Shown here piece by piece: positions 42,976 through 50,532 of a DNA stretch of 64,000 bases (position 1 is its first letter; each line of letters opens with the position of its first letter). The notes under the pieces are model-generated. The model was not told the origin of the DNA. It ran no database searches and was given only the letters and a program-made list of their open reading frames with translations. Origin of the DNA: a virus (Duplodnaviria > Caudoviricetes); IMG/VR virus record IMGVR_UViG_3300021255_000062, positions 61,901-125,900 of that record, one strand, 5' to 3'. Made by a program: the position numbers and the translations under genes.

Positions 42976-43641
42976 ATGAAAATCGACAAGAGAAAAAATT
43001 ACTACATCGTTTTTGATACTGAAACCGCAAACGGACTTGAAGACCCTATTATGTATGATTTGGGTTTTGCAGTTATCGACAAAAAGGGAAATGTATACGA
43101 AACCCATTCTTATATAATTCGAGAGGTATTTTTTGGGATGATTGACTTAATGCAGTCAGCATATTACGCAGAAAAAATCCCAGAATATAAAAGACAAATT
43201 GCAAAAGGGGAAAGAAAAGTTGTTTCCCTTTTTGAAGCAAAAAGATTTTTTGCAGATACTTGTAGAAAATACAATGTAAAGATTGCTATCGCGCACAATG
43301 CACGTTTTGACTATCGGTCAACCTCAACCACTCAAAGATACATAACAAAATCAAAATATCGTTTCTTCCTTCCTTATGGTGTTGAACTGTGGGATACGAT
43401 GAAAATGGCAAACGATACTATCTGTAAACAGAAATCTTATAAAAAATGGTGCCATGAAAATGGATACATCACAAAAAACAATCAAGTTCGTAAAACCGCA
43501 GAGGTTCTTTACAGATACATCAGCGGAAAATATGACTTTGTAGAAAGTCATACAGGACTTGAAGATGTGTTAATAGAAAAGGAAATCTTTGTTCATTGTT
43601 TGCGACAGCATAAACCCATGAGAAAGAAATGTTTCGCCTAG
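42976..43641 (+). CDS. DEDDh 3'-5' exonuclease, copy 2
   Basis: VFDTET, AHNARFD, SHTGLED; paralog of 39489. Confidence 0.85.
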   Translation: MKIDKRKNYYIVFDTETANGLEDPIMYDLGFAVIDKKGNVYETHSYIIREVFFGMIDLMQSAYYAEKIPEYKRQIAKGERKVVSLFEAKRFFADTCRKYNVKIAIAHNARFDYRSTSTTQRYITKSKYRFFLPYGVELWDTMKMANDTICKQKSYKKWCHENGYITKNNQVRKTAEVLYRYISGKYDFVESHTGLEDVLIEKEIFVHCLRQHKPMRKKCFA

Positions 43642-43774
43642 GGTCTCCCCTAGGCGTGGGCCGGCGCGCCGCATAATTATGCAAAAGAAATTAATAAAAA
43701 TTTTTTATAAAAAACTATTGACAAATCACTTCCCATATGATATCATTAGTACAGATAGAAAAGAGGTGAACAAA

Positions 43775-43960
43775 ATGTTAGATAAAGCAATCCTCCATGG
43801 CAAAGAACATAGGAAGCCATACTATGGCGCCAAAGCCATTGACTGCTCTTGTCGTAATCATGGGTCTTGCCCTCATTGCGAAGCAAATAGATTATATTCA
43901 ACAAAGAAAAGATTAGAAAAAACTAATTATTCTTTAAAGAACTACTTGACAAACTTTTGA
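43775..43960 (+). CDS. Small basic Cys/His-rich protein
   Basis: KEHRKPY..AKAID.SCRNHGSCPHC. Confidence 0.6.
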   Translation: MLDKAILHGKEHRKPYYGAKAIDCSCRNHGSCPHCEANRLYSTKKRLEKTNYSLKNYLTNF

Positions 43961-44007
43961 TTGTGTGCTATACTTAATACAGATAAAAAAGAAAGGAGAT
44001 AAAATCT

Positions 44008-44364
44008 ATGGCAGTTTCAAGAAAAGTTGAACGTGAAATTATCCGCAACGAGTTCCTTACAATGGTCAGTGACTTCCTTAATCTTAAAGGCGAAGAGGTT
44101 CTTCGTGTGAAGTCCAATGAAATCGCAATCCCTGTTGTTGGATGCGAAGATAACGAGGATTTTCTTGTTATCACCTTTAAAGTCCCAACTGGAGCAAACA
44201 AGGGAACAGAACCCTATGACGGTTACTCCATGGCAGAGGACTACGAATTGAAACTTAAGGAGAAAGCCGAAAAGGCGAAAGCCAATGCCGAAAAAAAGGC
44301 AAAGAAAATGGCGAAAGATGCGGAAATCCGCAGAAAGAAAAAAGAGATTGCAGAAAAGAGGTGA
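44008..44364 (+). CDS. Early protein family A, copy 2
   Basis: Paralog of 35946. Confidence 0.75.
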   Translation: MAVSRKVEREIIRNEFLTMVSDFLNLKGEEVLRVKSNEIAIPVVGCEDNEDFLVITFKVPTGANKGTEPYDGYSMAEDYELKLKEKAEKAKANAEKKAKKMAKDAEIRRKKKEIAEKR

Positions 44365-44825
44365 TTCACCCGAAGGGGTGACCCTTCGGGGTCGCCCTGG
44401 GCGGCCGGCCCGCCGTCAAATTGCACAAAAACGGATCAGAATTTTGTGCAATATTACATATTGACTTTTAAAGAAAATTTTAGTATAATCTAATTACAAG
44501 GTAAGGGAAGTCAAAGAAGTCAAAACAAAAAAACCTTAAAAAGTTTAAAAAAGTTCTTGACAAAACAAAAACCTTGTGATATAATAAAGGTACAAAAGAA
44601 AGGGGATAATAAAAATGACAAGGTTTAGGCTTTAAGCGGTTACCACATCGCAAACAGAAAAGAGTGGCAGGGCAAAAAAGGTGGTAGAAAGTGACGTCAC
44701 CTACCACCGCCCGCAGTATAGGAAATAAAAATAATTTAAAAAAGTTCTTGACAAATAATACAATCCATGTTATAATCTTAAATGTAATCAAAAGAAATCA
44801 CTTAAAGAAAGGAAAGGTACTAACT

Positions 44826-45164
44826 ATGACAAACAGAGAATTTTTCGAAGCAATCGTTAACGGAACTATCAATGACGAAATCAAGGCTCATGCACATGAA
44901 GCAATCGAGAAACTCGATGCTCGTAATGCAAGACGAGCAAATACCCCATCTAAAACCGCAATTGCCAATGCTCCTATCATCGAAGCAATCAAGGCAATTC
45001 TCACGACTGAACCGCAGACTGCGGGCATGGTTGCAGAGAAGGTTGAAATCTCTGTACAGAAGGCAAGCGCACTTCTGCGTCAGATTGTCGCCAATGGTGA
45101 CGCACTCGTAACTGAAGTTAAAGTTCCCAAGAAGGGAAAACAGAAGGGTTACTACCTTGGGTAG
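44826..45164 (+). CDS. Winged-HTH DNA-binding protein, family B copy 3
   Basis: VAEKVEISVQKASALLRQ...KVPKKGKQKGY. Confidence 0.7.
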   Translation: MTNREFFEAIVNGTINDEIKAHAHEAIEKLDARNARRANTPSKTAIANAPIIEAIKAILTTEPQTAGMVAEKVEISVQKASALLRQIVANGDALVTEVKVPKKGKQKGYYLG

Positions 45165-45351
45165 TACCCTCAAGGGTTCGGTGGACACCCTAAGTCCACC
45201 TTTTGTTTTGTTCTTTTAACCGAACAAGTGTTCGGGCGGGCCGGCCAGGTCCAGGCCGGATCCACCAGGCAATCCCCAAAAATTTTTCAAAAATGTCTTG
45301 ACAAAAAATCAATTATCCCTTATAATAGTATATAGAAAGGGGGTCATGCAT

Positions 45352-45522
45352 ATGACAAAAGACAAGTTCATCAGAATCCACCTCAAGAGAGGTTACACCG
45401 TTCAAGACTTCGGTAGAATGGTAATTCTCTCCCTCAACAACTACACAGCAATTCACCACTTCAAAGACAACGGTGAGTATGATTACGACACCGACGCCTT
45501 TTGGAAACTGGAGCGCAATTAG
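45352..45522 (+). CDS. Small early protein
   Basis: SD, promoter, terminator. Confidence 0.55.
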   Translation: MTKDKFIRIHLKRGYTVQDFGRMVILSLNNYTAIHHFKDNGEYDYDTDAFWKLERN

Positions 45523-45642
45523 CGTTCCAGTTTTTTTATTACCACTAATGATCGCCGGCGGATCCATCAGTCTGGCCGGCCTATTTGCGCCGGCCTGGCA
45601 GTTTTAACCAGGGAAAGTTGGCCGGCCAGACCCATCCGGCCC

Positions 45643-45832
45643 CGAACATATGTTCTGGTTGGTCAACATTTCGCGAAACATGGTTTTAACGAATAGTTGC
45701 GGCGCGCATACCATATCTAGTACCGAACATACATTCACCCACAACATATTGTGGAATTTTTTCATCTCAACTATTCGCGAAACATATTTTTAGCGAAGTC
45801 TTACCGAACATACGTTCCCGAACATACGTTCG
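45643..45832. promoter_or_regulatory. Cluster of Gram-positive LexA (Cheo) boxes and tandem NrdR boxes
   Basis: CGAAC-N4-GTTC at 45643, 45805 and 45819 (variant at 45724); ATACCATATCTAGTAC at 45708 and CCACAACATATTGTGG at 45739, 31 bp apart. Confidence 0.7.
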
Positions 45833-45875
45833 ATTCCGCCTGCGGCAGCGGTCGTCCATGGATTACCATCGTGTG

Positions 45876-46160
45876 GGAGCTGCGTCCATCCAGGAGCTGC
45901 GTTTGGGAGCTGCAATAGGAGCTGCGTTTGGCCGGCCAGCAGCTGCATTAAAAACACGTCCAGGAGCTGCGTCGACGCCGGGCCGGGAGCTGCGTATGGG
46001 AGCTGCGCCGGCTGCTGTCAAATTTTCCCATGGGAGCTGCAAAACTCATTGGAGCTGCATCACAGCCGCTGCCAGCAGCTGCAAAACGTTCAAGAGCTGC
46101 GATAGGAGCTGCAGCTGCTGCCAAAAATCACACTTCTCTATAGTAAAATGCGGCAGCTGC
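45876..46160 (+). repeat. Co-oriented GGAGCTGC/AGCTGC repeats
   Basis: About 10 GGAGCTGC plus about 4 variants, all GGAGCTGC copies on the same strand. Confidence 0.85.
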
Positions 46161-46525
46161 CGAAAATTTGACTTAAAAAGTCAAATTTTTTTATAATTTT
46201 TCTTAAAAATTTGACAAAGATTGTCAAATTTTCTTATATTTTCTCCTGAAAATTTGACTTTAAAAGTCAAATTTCCTGGCCGCAAAATTTTCGCTCGTGA
46301 AAATTTGAAAAATTTTCAAAATTTCAGTATAATATATATAGAAAGTGAGGGAAGGAGAAAAAAACTACGGCTCTCCTCCCTCGGCTGGAAATAGCTTCTG
46401 AAAATTTGACAACTTTCAGAAAATCTGATATAATATATATAGAAAGTGAGAGAGAAGTAACCTCTCATTTGATAAATTCAATGTAACTGGCGCCCACTGC
46501 CGAGTGTGGGAGAAAGAAGGACCGT

Positions 46526-46879
46526 ATGACAAAGTTTGAAGCTTACCAGGCAGTTATCAATGGACAGGTTAACGAGGATGTTGTTGAGAAGTTCCGCGAG
46601 ATGCTCGAAACCCACGAAGCTGAAGCTGAGAAACGTCGGAACCGCGCAGCTGAGAAAAGGGCGGAGAAACTGGCCGCTGAGAAAGTTCTGGAGGACGGAA
46701 TTATGGAAGTCCTCGGAGAAGAGCCGATGACCGCATCTGATATTGCAGAAGCAGTCGAGGGAATCAACACTCCGCAGAAAGCTACGGTAGTCGTTAAAAG
46801 ACTCGTGGCAGCAGGACTTGCAACAGTGCAGGACGTTAAGGGTAAGAAAGGCAAGGTTAAGGGCTACACCTTAGCCTAG
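46526..46879 (+). CDS. Winged-HTH DNA-binding protein, family B copy 4
   Basis: TASDIAEAVEGINTPQKA...DVKGKKGKVKGYTL. Confidence 0.7.
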   Translation: MTKFEAYQAVINGQVNEDVVEKFREMLETHEAEAEKRRNRAAEKRAEKLAAEKVLEDGIMEVLGEEPMTASDIAEAVEGINTPQKATVVVKRLVAAGLATVQDVKGKKGKVKGYTLA

Positions 46880-46897
46880 GCCTTAACTGGTCAAAAC

Positions 46898-47700
46898 TAC
46901 GTATACGTACTACTTATACGTTATACGTATACGAAAAACGGGTCTTTTAGACCCGTTTTTTTATTCCTACTTACGTATACATATATGTATACGTTTTACT
47001 TATACGTTATTTTTAAAATTTGACTTTTGTTGATGGTTGTGGCACCTACTTTTATTGACTATTACCCACATTTACTAGTCATTAGCCACATTTACTTATA
47101 TTTATTAATTACTATTAGTCCTTACCTATACTTATATATATACTAATATAAACTAATATAAACTATCAATCTCAATCAATCCTAATCAATCCCAACCATA
47201 TTCTAAACCGCGCGATCCACTTAAATTTTGCTTCGGACTATAGGTTTTGGTTCTAACGTACATTTAACTTATACGTTTTTACGTCTACGTTTTTACGTCT
47301 ACGTTTTTCGTTCATTCCCTTTCCCCCTTACTTTTACTCTTGCCCTTACTCTATTTTTCTACCTACTCTATCCCTACTTACGTATACGTTATACGTATAC
47401 GTTTTGCTTACGCGCCCTTATCTATAGTTGTTTCTCTTGCCCGCTATTTTACTTTATACCTACTTATCGTATACGTTATACGTATACATTTATATACTTT
47501 ATACGTATACGTTATTTGTATACGTTATACTTATACGTTGTATGTATACCTTGCCCGCACACCCTAATTACGTATACGTTTTACTTATACTACAATGTAT
47601 ACGTTTATTTTTTTATTACGTATACGTTATACGTATACGTATTACGTATATATATACGTATACGTAATACGTATACATATATGTATAAGTTTTACTTATA
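46898..47700. repeat. TATACG/TACGTA low-complexity repeat field
   Basis: Dozens of TATACG, TACGTA and TTATACG units. Confidence 0.9.
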
Positions 47701-48235
47701 TGTTTTTAAGTGTCTTTTTCTTTAAATCTCTACTAATTTTTTGAGACTCAAAATTTCAAATTTCTAGGAAATATTTACTCAGCGCCCGAGCGGTAAATTC
47801 CTGGAAAATATTTCACCCAGAAAGAATTTCTGGAAAATTTTTTCACTTGAAAAGGTTCCTAGAAAATTTTTGTCGATTGCGCCCGCGCTAAAAACGATTG
47901 CCATAGATGTTCCCAAATTTTTGGAAAATTTTTTTAGAAAAATTTTTTGGAAAATTTTTTTAGAAAAATTTTTTGGAAAATTTTTCAACTAAAAAAAGAG
48001 AAGGTTTAAACCTTCTCCCAATCAATCCCATATTTACTCTCTCCAGTCATCGTAAATTTCAATTTCTGGAAAATCTCCTTTCGTCCAAAGGATTACTGGC
48101 GCACCAAAACTTTTAGAAATATTTATAATATCTTCCGCAGTTTTAGGCTCAACAGTAATCATCATATTATCGCCAAGACGTTCACTCGTTCTGGTTAATC
48201 TAAAACGCATTAACTATCCTCCGTTTCTGAATGAC

Positions 48236-48436
48236 TTATTCAGCGCCCGTACCATAATTTCTACAAATTAATTGCCTTAGCTCTTTATCTCGAATATTTT
48301 TATTGATGTACCTCCCACAATTTTTCGGACATTCTTTGAGGTGCGCGCAGTAGTCATCTCCAGTAGAACAAAGACACAAATGCCAATCAGAGTTCTTTGT
48401 TTCATCATACCAAATACAGCTTCTCTTATATCCCAT
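48236..48436 (-). CDS. Small Cys-rich protein
   Basis: ORF with AAGGAG SD. Confidence 0.5.
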   Translation of the reverse strand: MGYKRSCIWYDETKNSDWHLCLCSTGDDYCAHLKECPKNCGRYINKNIRDKELRQLICRNYGTGAE

Positions 48437-48463
48437 AGTACTCCTTTCCGAAATTTTGGAAAA

Positions 48464-48709
48464 TTACCAGCCCGCATTTCCTTCGACAACAGTAGTTACC
48501 TTTGCAAACAAATCCTTTTCATTCTCTTCAAAGATAATAAAATCCTCAGGAGCAATAATCGATAAAGAAACCGATTCAAGATTGCCTTCTTTGTAGTAAT
48601 CAATTATCCTTTCCATGACGTTAAGATAACTCTCTCCATTGATAATTAAAAAATGGTTTACTTCTGTACACCCATTCTCATAATATTTTACTTTTGCCTT
48701 GTACATCAT
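48464..48709 (-). CDS. Hypothetical protein
   Basis: Coupled ORF. Confidence 0.6.
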   Translation of the reverse strand: MMYKAKVKYYENGCTEVNHFLIINGESYLNVMERIIDYYKEGNLESVSLSIIAPEDFIIFEENEKDLFAKVTTVVEGNAGW

Positions 48710-48710
48710 T

Positions 48711-49592
48711 TTATTTGTCCTCCTTAATAATACAACGGCTCAAATAAGTTGTTTTTGTATTTCCATAAATTTTATGGCTTTTTACCGTTCCAGTAAGAAT
48801 GTACTCGGCGCCCTCCCGTAAATCTTTGGTTGTTCCGGTAAACCAAGTCAGCTGCGCGCCGTTGCAGTTAAACTTATAAACATTAGTCTCTCCATAGTAT
48901 CCGTCGAAAGAAGAAGAGCCTTCAAAAACAACTGTTAAATTTCTGAGCCTTTCTCCAACTTCTCCGACATACTCTCCATCGCTATGGGAAGTAAAGACTC
49001 TTTCAAGAAAATCCAGTCCTTCCTCCGTAAGCTCCATGGTGTAAGAAGCTTCGTTCCACTTATAAATATCTGACCACTTTACCTCATCAATATAGCAATC
49101 TTCTGGAACGTCTACTGCGGCGGGTCCATGCCACTTCAATTCCTTGGAAAATTTATAGCCACGTGCTTTCAGCTCTTCTTTGAAGGAATAAGTGTTCCCA
49201 TAAATAATGTAGGTAGTTCCGTATTCGTTAAAGCCATTGCGCTCGAGCCATTTAGCAAAGGCGGTTGCCCGTCTTTCTTTTTCTCTCTGAATTGCGCGCT
49301 CTTTTGCAGTAATCCGTCTTTTCTCTTTTGCTCTCTGCGCAGAGTTGTATTCACTCTCCGTATAAAGACGAACAACCTTCGAAATCCTGCCCTCGCCTTC
49401 ACACTTCAAACAAACACCACCATAAGCGGGATGTGGTACACCATGGCCGTTTTCTACGCGACAAACATAAATTCCCGTGCCGCCGCAACGGTCGCAGGTA
49501 CCAGCTACTTCTGTATACATTTTCCCATTTGACTCAAAGGGCTCGCCAACACGCTCCATATTTTTAAATGTATCAGCTACATAATATTTCAT
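48711..49592 (-). CDS. Zinc-finger plus OB-fold-like protein
   Basis: CDRCGGTG...CLKCEGEG; C-terminal YVGEVGER...LTGTVKSH..TTYLSR. Confidence 0.6.
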   Translation of the reverse strand: MKYYVADTFKNMERVGEPFESNGKMYTEVAGTCDRCGGTGIYVCRVENGHGVPHPAYGGVCLKCEGEGRISKVVRLYTESEYNSAQRAKEKRRITAKERAIQREKERRATAFAKWLERNGFNEYGTTYIIYGNTYSFKEELKARGYKFSKELKWHGPAAVDVPEDCYIDEVKWSDIYKWNEASYTMELTEEGLDFLERVFTSHSDGEYVGEVGERLRNLTVVFEGSSSFDGYYGETNVYKFNCNGAQLTWFTGTTKDLREGAEYILTGTVKSHKIYGNTKTTYLSRCIIKEDK

Positions 49593-49728
49593 ACAGACAC
49601 CTGTCCTTTCTTTTTCCTTTCTTTCACTTTCTATATATATTATATAAAAAATTTTAAAAATTTTCAAATTTAAAAAGACCCAAGTATAGTAATACTTGAG
49701 TCTTTAAGCTAACTTCCTACGACTAATT

Positions 49729-50004
49729 TTATAAGTCCATCTCCTTGATTTCATAGCTCATCTCATCCATTCTGCGCCGCTCCCTATTTGTTGGAGCATA
49801 TTTCTTCTTTTTATCTCTTGTTTTATATGAACAGAGATAACAGCTACAGTGAATTTTATTTTTACTATATTGATGTAAATTGTCATAGTATTCCCAGTTA
49901 GATTCGCTGGGATAGACTTCCTTCGCAATATTACGTTTTCGGATGGCTTTTCTAATATCGTTATGTCTGCGCTCTGCGCGCGTCCTATACATAATAGTCA
50001 TCAT
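49729..50004 (-). CDS. Small basic protein
   Basis: YSKNKIHCSCYLC motif. Confidence 0.6.
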   Translation of the reverse strand: MMTIMYRTRAERRHNDIRKAIRKRNIAKEVYPSESNWEYYDNLHQYSKNKIHCSCYLCSYKTRDKKKKYAPTNRERRRMDEMSYEIKEMDL

Positions 50005-50158
50005 CCCCTTCTTCTGTTAAAAGAAAAGTAAGATAAAAAATCATTCCAAACATAGCCTCTACTATCATTAATGGTACGTCTTTAGAAGTACAATAATTAA
50101 CAAGACAAAGCCCCATATCTAATAATCCAATTGCGCCAATAAAAATTCGAAACATAGG

Positions 50159-50461
50159 TTAGTCCTCCGCTATCATCCAATCATCGAAATTAAAAGTTTC
50201 TATAAATTCCGAGCCATCATATTCGTTTATTCTAAATAAAGTTCCTTTAGGAACTTCTTCAACCTTTAAATCATGAAAGCCTCCTAAATATGGATGTCCT
50301 CCGTGTCCGTCTCTGAAGTTGTTTTCAATGAGAAATTTTCTCATCTCTTCCAAAGTGCATCCCTTTTCAAAGAATTCAATTAATTTCTTATCTGTTGCCA
50401 TCTCTGGACAATTCCAAGTTGACCAACCAGCATTATAACCAGGGCTAATAAGTAGTTTCAT
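50159..50461 (-). CDS. Conserved phage hypothetical protein
   Basis: SPGY.AGWSTWN...FRINEYDGSE. Confidence 0.7.
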   Translation of the reverse strand: MKLLISPGYNAGWSTWNCPEMATDKKLIEFFEKGCTLEEMRKFLIENNFRDGHGGHPYLGGFHDLKVEEVPKGTLFRINEYDGSEFIETFNFDDWMIAED

Positions 50462-50532
50462 AGGTGGTTCCTCTCTTTCATTTCTTATAAATATATTATA
50501 GCAGAATTTTAAGGAATTTTCAAATTTAAAAA

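Larger units (their letters stand above)
32274..45937. repeat. Dispersed GGCCGGCC inter-cassette motif
   Basis: 22 exact copies counted by eye plus about 7 one-mismatch variants, all intergenic. Confidence 0.9.
32184..46440. promoter_or_regulatory. Array of >30 near-consensus sigmaA promoters
   Basis: TTGACA-~17-TA(T)AAT with A/T-tract UP elements, e.g. + strand 35794, 35886, 36373, 36921, 37317, 37467, 37565, 38157, 38440, 38560, 39127, 39429, 40179, 40737, 41371, 42918, 43718, 43945, 44557, 44748, 45298, 46407; similar on the - strand at 32-34.5 kb and 42.6-42.8 kb. Confidence 0.9.

Noticed and set aside
45858-46196. 112-aa ORF
   Set aside because: By-product of the GGAGCTGC repeats; no SD or promoter
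47228-47988. ORFs 47228, 47340, 47428 and 47779
   Set aside because: Translations of TATACG and A-tract repeats; no SD
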